Source: a candidate division WOR-3 bacterium (GTDB lineage Bacteria > Hydrothermota > Tepidihabitantia > Tepidihabitantales > Tepidihabitantaceae). Taken from it: a stretch of DNA of 64,000 nt. The notes below the pieces were generated by a model that did not search any database, was not told where the DNA came from, and saw only the letters and a program-made list of their open reading frames with translations. This document shows positions 39,702 through 52,077 of the stretch, one piece after another. The DNA lies in NCBI GenBank assembly GCA_965649295.1, contig CBFGKH010000001.1, forward strand, positions 321,881 to 385,880. The letters run 5' to 3'. Positions within the stretch are counted from its first letter, which is position 1; every line of letters starts with the position of its first letter. Made by a program: the position numbers and the translations under genes.

Positions 39702-40228
39702 CTATCTCCCGGTCTCAAACCGGTAGTCAGACTCTCCTCTGACTTCGCTCAGAATCTCGATTCGCCCCAGCCCGGCGTCGGAACGCAACCCCTGACCGCG
39801 TACCACCCCTCTCGGCGTCCTGATCTCGACTGCCGCCTCGGTGGTCACCACCTGCCGGCTGTTGCTCCAGCAGAGCGAATCGGTTACCAGCCGCGTGCTT
39901 TCGGCTGTCACCACCACCACATTGCCCCGGGCAACCAAATCCTCTGATTGGGAATAGACCGTTCCCGCATCAGCCACCAACCGCGAGTCAACCCGACCAG
40001 TCGCATCATAGAAGGTCACCCTGGGCCGAACCAGCTCGGCCCGCTGCTCGTCGTCATACACATAAGCCGAATCAGCTTCGAGCGTGTACAGCCGGTTACC
40101 CGACCGACTCTCGTGCAGGACCAGTGAGTCAACAATCTGACTGGGCAGGTTTCGCTCCTCAACCGCGACCGGTTTCTCACCGCAACCGACCAATACTTGG
40201 CCGAGCAACAGGACGGCCGCAACTCGCC

Positions 40229-40232
<4 letters not shown>
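39702..40232 (-). CDS. lptC: LPS export periplasmic protein LptC
   Basis: LVGC lipobox; L.AD.A, L.AD.G, A.GNVVV, L.T..L.W, G.G pattern; upstream of lptA/lptB. Confidence 0.82.
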
Positions 40233-42662
<2,430 letters not shown>

Positions 42663-42779
42663 CTACCCCTGCCGCTGCTTGTGCTTGGGGTCGCGTTTGC
42701 AGATTACCCTGACCACGCCCTTGCGCTTGACAACCACGCAATGGGCACAACGCTTCTTAATCGAAGCCTTGACCTTCAC
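42663..42779 (-). CDS. rpmJ: 50S ribosomal protein L36 (zinc-binding type)
   Basis: Hand translation from GTG 42779: [46 protein letters not shown]; below the ORF-track size cutoff. Confidence 0.96.
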   Translation of the reverse strand: MKVKASIKKRCAHCVVVKRKGVVRVICKRDPKHKQRQG

Positions 42780-42811
42780 ATTGACTCCTTTCTCTGTCGG
42801 CCCGCCGACGG

Positions 42812-43030
42812 TTACTTGAAACGGTAGATGATCCGTCCTCGACTCAGGTCGTAGGGCGAGAACTCCACCGTCACCCGGTCGCCCGGCAGGATGCGAATCC
42901 AGTTCAACCGCATCCGGCCCGAGATATGGGCAAGCACCTTGTGACCGTTATCGAGCTCGACCCGGAACGTTGCATTCGGTAGTGCCTCAACAATCGTCCC
43001 TTCGAGTTGTAACAAATCCTTCTTTGACAT
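42812..43030 (-). CDS. infA: Translation initiation factor IF-1
   Basis: [45 protein letters not shown]. Confidence 0.98.
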   Translation of the reverse strand: MSKKDLLQLEGTIVEALPNATFRVELDNGHKVLAHISGRMRLNWIRILPGDRVTVEFSPYDLSRGRIIYRFK

Positions 43031-43034
43031 TTAG

Positions 43035-43838
43035 CTACGCTAGTCTTTTCCCTTTCGCCGGCTGCTTGCTAGCGCCCGGCAGTTCCTCATCGTCGGCCGT
43101 CAGTATTACCGGCTCACCGTCCGTCACCAGGACAGTGTTTTCATAGTGCGCCGAAGGACTGCCGTCGGCAGTCACGACCGTCCACCCATTACTCAACGTC
43201 TCGACTGCAAACTTCCCAGCATTGACCATCGGCTCAATCGCCAGTGTCATACCCGCGACCAGCCGTCGTCGCGCCGTAGCGGTGACAAAGTTCGGCACCG
43301 AAGGCTCCTCATGCAGGTATAGCCCCACGCCGTGGCCGCACAGGTCCCTGACCACCGAATAGCCCTGGGCCTCGACATACTCCTGCACCGCCCGGCTGAT
43401 GTCCGATACGCGCCGGCCGGCCCTGGCCTCAGCCGCACCGAGCCAGAACGCCTGCCGCGTCACCGCAACTAGCCGCTGCTTCTCCTCGCTAATCTGACCG
43501 ACGGCATAGGTTCGTGCCGCGTCAGCAATAAACCCGTCTCGCGTCACCCCGACATCAATCTTGACGATGTCGCCGACTCGCAACTGCCGCTTGTCCGGGA
43601 TGCCGTGCACCACCTCTTCATTCACACTGATGCAGACTGCCGCCGGAAACCCGCGGTAGCCAAGAAAGGTCGGTATCCCGCCGTTATCGCGGATGTAGCG
43701 CTCGCACACCCGTTCCAGCTCCCGCAGACTCACTCCCGGTCGGACCGCCTGCCGCGCTGCTGCCAGCGCCCCACTGACGATTCTGCCGGCTGCCCGAATA
43801 CCGGCGACTTCCCGCTCGGTCTTGATGTAGATTGCCAC
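43035..43838 (-). CDS. map: Type I methionine aminopeptidase
   Basis: CISVNEEVVHGIP, IDVG, DAART, GHGVG..LHE.P, IEPM, SAHYENT. Confidence 0.97.
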   Translation of the reverse strand: MAIYIKTEREVAGIRAAGRIVSGALAAARQAVRPGVSLRELERVCERYIRDNGGIPTFLGYRGFPAAVCISVNEEVVHGIPDKRQLRVGDIVKIDVGVTRDGFIADAARTYAVGQISEEKQRLVAVTRQAFWLGAAEARAGRRVSDISRAVQEYVEAQGYSVVRDLCGHGVGLYLHEEPSVPNFVTATARRRLVAGMTLAIEPMVNAGKFAVETLSNGWTVVTADGSPSAHYENTVLVTDGEPVILTADDEELPGASKQPAKGKRLA

Positions 43839-43897
43839 GTTCGGCGCTCAAGACCCAACTCTGAGCAACCAGCGTTCAAGCCGGCTCGCAGCAACCG

Positions 43898-44548
43898 TCA
43901 ATCGGGAAGTGTTGAAAGCAGCCGCGCGACCTCCTCATAGACCAAATCCCGACCAAGCTCACCAGCCACCCGATGCAGTTTCTGCTGATTAGCGTAGTAG
44001 TGAATCACCGGCTCGGTCTGAGTGTGATAGACCCGCAGCCGATCGCGGATTGTCGCCTCGGCATCATCCTTGCGCTGGTACAGTTCGCCGCCGCACTCGT
44101 CACAGCGGTCTGCCACCTTGGGTGGGCTGAAGGTCAGGTTGTAAATCTTGCCGCACTTGCGGCACTGTCGCCGCGCTGTCAGTCGGCGCACAACCTCTTC
44201 GTCACCGAGGTCAACCAGTATTGCCGCCGCGATGTGGCCGCCGTGCTCGGCCAGCACCTCATCCAGCCCCTCGGCCTGGGGAATCGTTCGCGGAAATCCA
44301 TCGTAGAGCACCGGCTTGCCGGCGTGCTCGGCGACAAAGGCGTTGACGACATCAAGCACGACTTCATCCGGCACCAGTCGGCCAGCAACAACATACTCCT
44401 CAACCTCAAGGCCAACCGGCGTCTTGCGGGTGATGTGATCGCGGAAGACCTCACCCGTCGAATAGTGGACAAACCCCAGCCGTTCCTTTAGCAGCTCAGC
44501 CAACGTGCCTTTGCCGCTCCCCGGCGGACCAATCAGGACAATATTCAT
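43898..44548 (-). CDS. adk: Adenylate kinase (zinc LID type)
   Basis: GPPGSGKGT, LVPDE, DGFPRT..QA, CxxC...CxxC LID, QRKDD; alternative start at 44557. Confidence 0.97.
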   Translation of the reverse strand: MNIVLIGPPGSGKGTLAELLKERLGFVHYSTGEVFRDHITRKTPVGLEVEEYVVAGRLVPDEVVLDVVNAFVAEHAGKPVLYDGFPRTIPQAEGLDEVLAEHGGHIAAAILVDLGDEEVVRRLTARRQCRKCGKIYNLTFSPPKVADRCDECGGELYQRKDDAEATIRDRLRVYHTQTEPVIHYYANQQKLHRVAGELGRDLVYEEVARLLSTLPD

Positions 44549-44567
44549 CGCTCTCATGAGTTCCCCA

Positions 44568-44641
44568 AGTGTATGTCATGCCGGCGCCGAGTCAAGGCAT
44601 CACCACCGCGGCTTGACAGTCAGTAGCCAGCGGTCTATCCT
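44568..44641. promoter_or_regulatory. Divergent sigma70-like promoters for adk and tldD
   Basis: Minus strand TTGACT-N16-TACACT (44595-44568); plus strand TTGACA-N17-TATCCT (44613-44641). Confidence 0.55.
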
Positions 44642-44686
44642 TGCTACCCTCAGAATAGCTGCCTGTAGTCATGCTAAGGAGACGAA

Positions 44687-46171
44687 GTGAGTGTTACAGT
44701 TGAACAAGCGGCCGCGATCGTGCGCCGAGAACTGGATCGAATGTCAGGCCTCGGCGTGAGCTTTGCCGACGCGCGGCTCTACGATGAAGACCGGAGCGAA
44801 CGACTCCTGCTCTACGATGGCAATCTCGAATCAAACGACGGCACTCTCGAACGCGGCATCGGCGTCCGGGTCCTCTATCAGGGCGCTTGGGGTTTTGCCG
44901 CCACTGCCGACCTTGGTAATATCACCGCCTGCTTCGACCGGGCGCTGGCCAATGCCCGGGCGGCCAGCCTGTTGCCCGGCTTCCCCAAGGATATGGGCAA
45001 GGCCCAGCCAGTCAAAGGCCAATACCGGCCGCCGGTCAAACAAGACCCCTTTGAGGTTCCGCTGGCCGACAAGCTCGGCTTTCTATCCAACCTCGATGCC
45101 CGGCTAAAGGGCGCGACCGTCGAGCACCGAGTCGTTTCTGTCAACTTCCAGCGCCGCAAAATCTACTACTACAACAGCGAAGGCACCGAGGTTGATCGCT
45201 GGGTGCTGAACACCTTCGGTACGATGATGGTAATGGCCCAGGATAAAGAGGGCCGCACCCAGCGCCGCTCCACCGAGCTTTTCTGCCACGGTGATGGCAC
45301 CCGCGGCTGGGAATGGCTCGCCAATCCCGACGCCTTCGCCAATCATGCCGAGCGCATCAAGTCTGAGCTGGGTCAGATTGTCGCGGCCGACAAGCTTACG
45401 GCTGGCCGGCGCGATGTCATCCTGCTGCCCGGCCAGGGCTTTCTTCAGGTCCACGAGACAATCGGCCACGCGCTCGAACTCGACCGCATCCTCGGCTATG
45501 AGCTGTCGTTTGCCGGCGGCTCCCATGTCCGGCTCGAACATATCGGCACCCTTCGCTACGGCTCAGAAAAACTGAACTGCCGGGCTGGCATCACGCCCAA
45601 CTCACCCGGCACGTTCGGCTACGACGACGAAGGCTCGCCCCAGCGCGACTATTACCTCATCTACAAGGGCATCCTTGTCAATGTCCTTTCCAGCCGGGCC
45701 GACCTGGCCGAGGCCAATGCCAAGGCCGGCAAGGTCATTATCAAGGAATCCGGTACTGCGGCCCGCGCTGCTGGGTTTTACAAGACGCCGATTGACCGGA
45801 TGACCAACATCAACATTGACCCCGGCACCGACGGCACCCTGGAAGACATCATCAAGCAGACCGAGAACGGCATCATCGTTGATGTACCGGTCTCCTGGTC
45901 CATCGGCTCCAACCGCGAACACTTCCACTTCGGCTGCGAGATTGCCTGGGAGGTGAAAGACGGCCAGCGCGGCCGCGTGCTCAAGAACCCGACCTATCAC
46001 GGCCACACCCTTGAGTTCTGGAACTCGCTCGATGCCGTTGGCAACCAAGACACCTGGTGCCTGCAGCAGGTTCCCAATTGCGGCAAAGGCGAGCCCAACC
46101 AGATAATGGAGCTCGGCCACGGCATCCCGGTGATGCGCTTCCACAACGTCGAAACCGGAGAGAAGGAGTAA
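44687..46171 (+). CDS. tldD: TldD-family metalloprotease subunit
   Basis: GIGVRVL..GAWGFA, HETIGHALE.DR (HExxxH), DDEG, RMTN, CGKGEP. Confidence 0.9.
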   Translation: MSVTVEQAAAIVRRELDRMSGLGVSFADARLYDEDRSERLLLYDGNLESNDGTLERGIGVRVLYQGAWGFAATADLGNITACFDRALANARAASLLPGFPKDMGKAQPVKGQYRPPVKQDPFEVPLADKLGFLSNLDARLKGATVEHRVVSVNFQRRKIYYYNSEGTEVDRWVLNTFGTMMVMAQDKEGRTQRRSTELFCHGDGTRGWEWLANPDAFANHAERIKSELGQIVAADKLTAGRRDVILLPGQGFLQVHETIGHALELDRILGYELSFAGGSHVRLEHIGTLRYGSEKLNCRAGITPNSPGTFGYDDEGSPQRDYYLIYKGILVNVLSSRADLAEANAKAGKVIIKESGTAARAAGFYKTPIDRMTNINIDPGTDGTLEDIIKQTENGIIVDVPVSWSIGSNREHFHFGCEIAWEVKDGQRGRVLKNPTYHGHTLEFWNSLDAVGNQDTWCLQQVPNCGKGEPNQIMELGHGIPVMRFHNVETGEKE

Positions 46172-46174
46172 GCC

Positions 46175-47554
46175 ATGCTCGACAAGCGAACCCGTGACAT
46201 TCTGCTCGGCGGCCGCGACCGGGCCCGCCAGGCCGGCATCAAGGCCGAGTTCCTGCTCCACCGCGAGAAGTCAAGCCTGATTCGGCTTGGCAATTCCGCG
46301 GTTGCACTCTCAACCTTCGAGGAGCTGACCCGACTCGACATCGAGGTTCAGGATGGCCGCAAGGTTGGCACCTACACCATGCTCGCCGATATCACTTCCC
46401 CGGCCCAACTGGACGAGGCGCTCGCCCGTGCTCGGGCCAACTGTCAAGCTGCACTGCCCAAAGACTACGACCCTATCTTCGGTCAAGTAGAAGAGACGAT
46501 TGACGACGCGACCGGCTTTGACCCGGCGCTCGAAAACCTCTCGCCCGAAGCCAAAGCCGAGCTCTGCGCAAGAGTCGTCAAGGCCATCAAACCCGAAGGC
46601 CATTACGACTTCTCCGGCTCCTGGTCCACCGGCTCGACCGAGCTCTATTGCATCACCACCGCCAACGACAACGAGGCCTGGCGCAAGCTCACTGATGGCC
46701 GGCTCGTCATCGTCCTCAAAGAGCAGGACAAGAAGTGGGAGCTGGCGGTTGAGCGTACCCAGAAAAAGGCCGGCGAGTTTGCTGCCGACGAGATTATCGC
46801 CGAGTTCCGCGAGCTGCTGCCGGTCTATGAGAAGAATCCTGGCTATCGCACCACGGTTGGCCGCCAGAAGGTGATGTTCGGCACCCAGGCAGTCTCTGAA
46901 CTGCTGACGCTCGCGCTTTGGGGCGGATTCTACGGCCGGGCCTGGGAAGAGAAGCGCTCCTACACCGCGCAAAACAAGCTCGGCGACCGCATCTTCCCCG
47001 AGGCCATCAGCATCACTGACGACCCAGCCAACCCGAACTGCTTTGGCATGCCCTTTGACTTCAAAGGCCGACGTCGCCAGCGCTTTGCCCTCGTCGAGAA
47101 CGGTATCTTCACCAACCTCATCTACGATTCAGCCACCGCTGCTAAATATGACAAGAAACCAACCGGCCACGACCTCAGCACCGGCGACCTCTGCCTAGCA
47201 GCCGGCACTGCTCCCGCCGGCATCGCTGCCGGCCGCCAGCTTGCCGGTGACGCGCTCTACATTCCCCATCTTCACTACATCCACATGCCCGACCCGACCA
47301 AAGGAATGTTCACCGGCTCCAGCCGCTTCAACGCCCAGCTCATCAAGAACGGCGAGTTCGTCGCTCCACTCCTCTCCTCCCGTGTTACCGATACCATTCC
47401 CACTGTTCTCGGCCAGGTTATCGCCATCTCGTCCCGAACCGTACCGTTCAACATCTCTGCCACCTACGGCCGCCGCAGCCCCGAAGCCGTGAGCGTGCCC
47501 GAATACATCATCTGTGGCGACGTCCGCATCTCCGACGTCGCCGACAGCTTCTAG
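46175..47554 (+). CDS. PmbA/TldE-family subunit
   Basis: Follows tldD; ITDDP, PFD..G, LVENG..YD..TA, TGH; no HExxxH. Confidence 0.82.
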   Translation: MLDKRTRDILLGGRDRARQAGIKAEFLLHREKSSLIRLGNSAVALSTFEELTRLDIEVQDGRKVGTYTMLADITSPAQLDEALARARANCQAALPKDYDPIFGQVEETIDDATGFDPALENLSPEAKAELCARVVKAIKPEGHYDFSGSWSTGSTELYCITTANDNEAWRKLTDGRLVIVLKEQDKKWELAVERTQKKAGEFAADEIIAEFRELLPVYEKNPGYRTTVGRQKVMFGTQAVSELLTLALWGGFYGRAWEEKRSYTAQNKLGDRIFPEAISITDDPANPNCFGMPFDFKGRRRQRFALVENGIFTNLIYDSATAAKYDKKPTGHDLSTGDLCLAAGTAPAGIAAGRQLAGDALYIPHLHYIHMPDPTKGMFTGSSRFNAQLIKNGEFVAPLLSSRVTDTIPTVLGQVIAISSRTVPFNISATYGRRSPEAVSVPEYIICGDVRISDVADSF

Positions 47555-47573
47555 CCTGCCGAAGTCCTCTTGC

Positions 47574-47599
47574 TGGAGCGGGGTAGCTACCCCGCTCCA
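47574..47599. terminator. 26-bp perfect palindrome after tldE
   Basis: TGGAGCGGGGTAG/CTACCCCGCTCCA. Confidence 0.55.
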
Positions 47600-47653
47600 T
47601 GCTTTCCGACAAACCCCCTTGACAGGCAATACCGCTGGACTATCTTGATGCCG

Positions 47654-48304
47654 ATGGGAAAGAAGCCATTAGTCCCGGCTATTGGCTTGGTGCTGCTCGT
47701 CTTTTTGGCTGGCTGCCCAGTGCCACCAGTCGTCTTCCACGACGGCCTGCCTGCGCGTGCACCGAGACCAGACGAGGATGATGTCCGACTAGGGGTTCAG
47801 GCCGGCAACTGGGACTACCGTGACGGGTCCAATTCTATACCGCGGTCAATCGCCTTTCCCAGCTTTCACGTCGGTGCCCGCGTTGGTCAGCAGGCCGGCA
47901 AACTTTGCTTTGAGGAGGGACTGAATCTGCTCTACTGCGGCACCTTTGTGCCCTTCGTCACCGGCGGAATCGGACTTACTAGCCCGGCGGTGATGCTGCG
48001 CGGTGCAATCTCACCACTCCAGCAGGGCGACGGTGACTTTTTCTGGCAGACATCGCTCATGGCCGGTACGCCCAATTCTGAGAGGCTTAGTGTCTCAGTC
48101 GGCCCCCGCGTAAGCAGCTTCGGCATCGGCGGCGCTGCCATCAGCGACCTAGACTTCGGCAGTTCGACCCTGCGGGCCGAGGTCTCCTACACTGCCCGCG
48201 CACCCTGGGCCGGCACCGCGGTCAACGGCAACATCTTCACTATCGGGCTCTGGTATGAGCACCGGTTCCGACGGACCGGACAGCCGTCGCTAATAGAGCA
48301 GTAG
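47654..48304 (+). CDS. Hypothetical lipoprotein / beta-rich outer-membrane protein
   Basis: MGKK..LVLLVFLAGC lipobox; TTGACA-N16-TATCTT promoter (47619-47646) 7 nt upstream. Confidence 0.7.
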   Translation: MGKKPLVPAIGLVLLVFLAGCPVPPVVFHDGLPARAPRPDEDDVRLGVQAGNWDYRDGSNSIPRSIAFPSFHVGARVGQQAGKLCFEEGLNLLYCGTFVPFVTGGIGLTSPAVMLRGAISPLQQGDGDFFWQTSLMAGTPNSERLSVSVGPRVSSFGIGGAAISDLDFGSSTLRAEVSYTARAPWAGTAVNGNIFTIGLWYEHRFRRTGQPSLIEQ

Positions 48305-48319
48305 CCGCCAGCCTGCTCG

Positions 48320-48823
48320 CTAATAGGCCTTGCCCTGGCCGTGCCGCTTCCACTCCTGAAAAAGTTCGCGGCACTCATCCCGCATAAAGTCGGGCACGAG
48401 TTCCATCTCGTCGCCGGAGAACTTGCGCATCCGCTCGGCTGAGATGACCAGCTCGTTGAAGCCGGCAGCCTGGGCATCGGCAATCTCTGCGCCATAGACG
48501 ATGCGGCTGACGCGCGCCCAGTGTGCGGCCGAATAGCACATCGGGCAAGGCTCGCAGGTTGTGTAAAGCGTGCAACCGGAAAGGTCAATCGTGCCGAGTT
48601 TAGAACAGGCCTGACGGATGGCATTCACTTCGGCGTGCGCTGTTGCATCACAGCTCTGCCAGACTGTGTTGTGCGCCCGGGCCACGACCTTGCCCTGCCG
48701 GACGATAACACAGCCAAACGGCGACTGCCCCTTCTTCACTCCGGCCCGCGCGGTCTTGATTGCCAGCGCCATCGCCTGGCGCGGAGTAATCGGCTGACGA
48801 GCCTTTGTTCGCGGTTGCGGCAC
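48320..48823 (-). CDS. Nucleoside/guanine deaminase (CDA-like fold, GuaD-type)
   Basis: PFG.VIV, DATAHAEVNAIR.AC..L, LYTTCEPCPMC..A.HWA. Confidence 0.88.
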   Translation of the reverse strand: MPQPRTKARQPITPRQAMALAIKTARAGVKKGQSPFGCVIVRQGKVVARAHNTVWQSCDATAHAEVNAIRQACSKLGTIDLSGCTLYTTCEPCPMCYSAAHWARVSRIVYGAEIADAQAAGFNELVISAERMRKFSGDEMELVPDFMRDECRELFQEWKRHGQGKAY

Positions 48824-48877
48824 GCCAATATTTGTAGCAGTGGTGCTGACTATGTCAAGCCGAAACCGACCGCCTGG

Positions 48878-50197
48878 CTAGAACTCAAAGCTGACCAGCG
48901 GCACCCGACAAGACGTACCGGCCTTCGCAGCCACAAACAGACCGAGCGCGTTCGCCGGCGTGAACGCAAAGTAACGCGGCTCGCGGTTCGCGCTGAACCG
49001 GCCCTTGCCCGGCTTGTCGGTTTCGAGTAACGCATGGGTGAGATGAAACCCCAGCCAGCCACCAGCAGCCATTGACCAGAGTGTTATCTTGCCAGCATCA
49101 TCACCGCTCTCCGGTGTCAGCAGCAGTGCCATCGCTCCGCCGATGCTACCCACGCCCAAACCGGTGCCGAGCGAGACGAGCAGCGACTGGCCGAAGCTCA
49201 GGTCGCGGTGGCGATGGAACCGGTAGCTATACCAGAGCCCGGCCGCATTCACCGCCGCCGGCAGCAACGTCGCCGCCTTGAGCGACAACTCTCTGTCCTG
49301 TGCACCTCCTGGCACTAGTGACCAAGCCGCTGCCGCCGTCAACACACCCAATCCTTCTGCCCAGTTCACCGACACCGCATCACCGGTCGTGAAGTCGCGC
49401 GGCCCCAGCTTGTGCCAGTAGTAAAGGCCTGCGCCCCAACCGGTCAAGGCCGCAGCCTCGATGAGTTTGCGCGGCAGGCGCTCCCGGAACGGGGCAGTGC
49501 CGCTCCAAGGAACCGCTAGCGATATCAAGTATCCGCCGTAGAGCCCGCCCCAGATACCGGCCTGGCCAAGCATCTGAACATTACCACAGTTCAGCCGCTC
49601 GCGCTCGGCAAAGCGCAGCCCGACAACATGACTGGCAATACTCGCTGCGACTGCGGTACCCAGTTCTGGAAAGAACTTGCCGATGTCGCGGTCGCCCCAG
49701 TCAAAAAGAATGTTACCAGCCACAAACCCAGCAGCAAAACCCTGGCCGGTGCCCTGCACGCTCCCGTGCAACATCCCCAGTGTTATCTCGCGCCGCCGCG
49801 AAGCCAAGAGAAACACGAAGAAGCTCGCCGGCGAGGCAAGCAACTGCACCGCAGTCGCCTTCCGGTAATCATCGTAGAACCCAAAACAGCCATTGATCGC
49901 CGCACTCCAAAGCGGCGCCTCATAGAGCAACGAGCCGAGATAGAGCCAGCGGGCTGCTGCCGGCGGAATGATGTCGAGCTTCGGGTCGTAGGGCGAGTCT
50001 GTTGCGGACAACGCAACCAAACCGGTGTCGGTCCGGACCCGTTCAGCCTGGGCCGAATCCAACCTTGGCATCGTGTCAGCAACCAGGCTGTCTCTGAGTT
50101 CCTCTGGCTTGAGCGAATCGGACTCCTGCGCTACGGCAGGTGTGGTGCCGGCGATTGCCAGCACGCTGAGCAGTAGCAGACTGACCTTAGCAGTCAT
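48878..50197 (-). CDS. Hypothetical secreted/membrane protein with many Gly-rich hydrophobic segments
   Basis: 439-aa ORF with signal peptide and C-terminal ..LVSFEF; upstream TTGACA-N16-TAGCCT. Confidence 0.7.
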   Translation of the reverse strand: MTAKVSLLLLSVLAIAGTTPAVAQESDSLKPEELRDSLVADTMPRLDSAQAERVRTDTGLVALSATDSPYDPKLDIIPPAAARWLYLGSLLYEAPLWSAAINGCFGFYDDYRKATAVQLLASPASFFVFLLASRRREITLGMLHGSVQGTGQGFAAGFVAGNILFDWGDRDIGKFFPELGTAVAASIASHVVGLRFAERERLNCGNVQMLGQAGIWGGLYGGYLISLAVPWSGTAPFRERLPRKLIEAAALTGWGAGLYYWHKLGPRDFTTGDAVSVNWAEGLGVLTAAAAWSLVPGGAQDRELSLKAATLLPAAVNAAGLWYSYRFHRHRDLSFGQSLLVSLGTGLGVGSIGGAMALLLTPESGDDAGKITLWSMAAGGWLGFHLTHALLETDKPGKGRFSANREPRYFAFTPANALGLFVAAKAGTSCRVPLVSFEF

Positions 50198-50443
50198 TCC
50201 TGCCTCCTCTGACTGCGGGTGACTGGGCAGCCGTCATCCGGCAGCCTCCGAACTTGTCTCTGAACAGGCTAGGCCAGCCCTGAAGATTGTCAATAGCCAA
50301 TATTGGCAATCAGCCGCCGACAGCGCTGCGCCAAGAGCAGCCAACCGAAACCAACACTGACCCCGAGAAACCTGGTTTGAAGCTCTGTCTTCTTCGTGTC
50401 TTTATGCTCTTCTTGGTGTTGAGTCCGGGTCCGCTCCGGGGCG

Positions 50444-50788
50444 CTACTGCCGCGGCAGCGGTATCACGCAGATAAACCGAAACGGCCCCGCGCCGGTATT
50501 CTCAAACCCATGCTCCTCATCTGGCCGGACAAAGACAAAACTGCCCGGCCCCACCGGCTTTGCTCCGTCCGGCCCAACCACGTTGCCCGCGCCCTCGATA
50601 ATGAAAATCTCATGCTCATAGGGATGACGGTGCAGCGGTATCTTCTCACCCCGGCCTTTGATTTCGATAACGCGCATTGCGAACCGCGCTGCTCCTTCCT
50701 TCTCGGCAATCAGCCAACGGATAGTCGCCTGCATCGTCGCTGCTGCCGGCGGCTCCTCTCTCACATCAGAATAGTGTCCGATAATCAT
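50444..50788 (-). CDS. Cupin-domain protein
   Basis: FAMR..E, P.H.H..EHE.F..EG.G, EEH.F.N, F.C.IP. Confidence 0.9.
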   Translation of the reverse strand: MIIGHYSDVREEPPAAATMQATIRWLIAEKEGAARFAMRVIEIKGRGEKIPLHRHPYEHEIFIIEGAGNVVGPDGAKPVGPGSFVFVRPDEEHGFENTGAGPFRFICVIPLPRQ

Positions 50789-51206
50789 GCCCAATTCTAA
50801 CCCTACTCTTCACCATTCGCAACGGCTGTCCTCGCCCGCTCCCCATACAACCATTGCGGACTCAAACAAAGAGACTGGCAAAAGACCTGGCCCCGGGTTC
50901 TGGTCAGGCGAGACAACAGCAATCACAACCGTACCCGGCTCAGGTCGAGCCGACTCCCCAGGCTCGACAACCCAAGTAGCCGCCACGAACCCGAACTCCA
51001 GCCGACCGGCGACAAAGGTGAAACCTCCCAGGCAACCTACGGCCAGAACCACGAGCAACCAAACCTCACCGCCAGCATTCCCCAGCACCGCTCCTACTCC
51101 CTCTCCCTCGCCGCCCGACCCGACCCGCCAGACCCCGCCACCGACCAGATAAGGCGCGAACCAAAATGCGAACAAGACCAGAGCCGAAATGGCAACACCA
51201 CACGCC

Positions 51207-51518
51207 ACTGCGGTCAGCACTCCCCAAACCACCAGCAGACTCGTCCCACAATTCACCCAACGATTCAACTACCAATTGATTCTCCAAACAACTCCCCAAC
51301 CCACTCCTCGACCAACCCCACGACCAACACCAAGAATCACTCCCCAACTAACCCCAACAACCACCCGTAAAACAACCCCCACAACGACACCAACAACGAC
51401 CCCACAAACAACCAAACAAATCAATCCCCTGCTCAACGCCCAACTCAACCCATAATTCACTCCTCGACTCATCCCCGTAACAACTACCCCAACCACTGGG
51501 GGAGTGACCCCCTGAACG
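51207..51518. repeat. Degenerate 12-bp tandem array, about 26 units, C/A-rich on the + strand
   Basis: Units in exact 12-nt register, e.g. ACTCCCCAAACC (51219), ACTCCCCAACCC (51291), ACTCCTCGACCA, ACCCCACGACCA, ACTCCCCAACTA, ACTCCTCGACTC (51459). Confidence 0.75.
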
Positions 51519-51734
51519 CCTGCCAGAGTGACGATACCGGCACCTCCCCACGCTCACTCTGTCATATCTGGTGCTGCGCTTGATTTGGTAATGCATTATA
51601 TATCAAGGTGTTAGGTGTGACGGCCCGCTGTTGACGACCGGGGTGCGCAAGCTCCCTGTTTCCCAGATGGCATGGGACAAGGAGCCCAGGCGTGTTCGCC
51701 GTTGACCTACATCCCGGACTGAAACGGGACTGAG

Positions 51735-51903
51735 TGTCATCCCGAGGAACGGAGTGACGAGGGATCGCTGCGCTCACTCGGCCACAGAATAGCTGAAACC
51801 GAACCCCAAGAGACCCACCAGCACTCCTGTCATCATCAGCGCAGGCCCGTAGCACCACCGTCCGTCCCCCCGAGCAGAATCCGAAGGCCGGAGTCGAGGG
51901 GCC
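51735..51903. repeat. Cluster of REP-like palindromes
   Basis: TGTCATCCCGAGGAACGGAGTGACGAGGGATC (51735-51766); CGTCCCCCCGAGCAG...GGAGTCGAGGGGCC (51863-51903). Confidence 0.55.
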
Positions 51904-51970
51904 TTCAAGCAACAGGCAAGAGCAGAAGTCCGTAGGGTCGTTCGGGGCGGTCACACCTCTCAACCTTTGC

Positions 51971-51998
51971 TTGACAGGCGGCCGAGCGCGGTCATAAT
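51971..51998 (+). promoter_or_regulatory. Sigma70-like promoter of the prfA operon
   Basis: TTGACA-N16-CATAAT. Confidence 0.55.
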
Positions 51999-52077
51999 GG
52001 CGCGTGACTGACAGGTTTCTCGCTGCCCGGTTTCTTTTGGCCCGTTTCCACTAGCCCGGCCGCACACCCAACAGAAT

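Noticed and set aside
51207..51518. Possible CRISPR array
   Set aside because: Contiguous degenerate 12-mers with no conserved 23-47 bp repeat, no unique spacers and no cas genes
51620..51735. Hairpin-rich stretch considered as tRNA-Sec or another ncRNA
   Set aside because: No cloverleaf, T-loop GTTCRA or UCA anticodon arm; no recognisable RNA family consensus
50787..51963. Several ORFs on both strands in the cupin-prfA gap
   Set aside because: They are translations of periodic or repeat DNA with no SD or domain evidence
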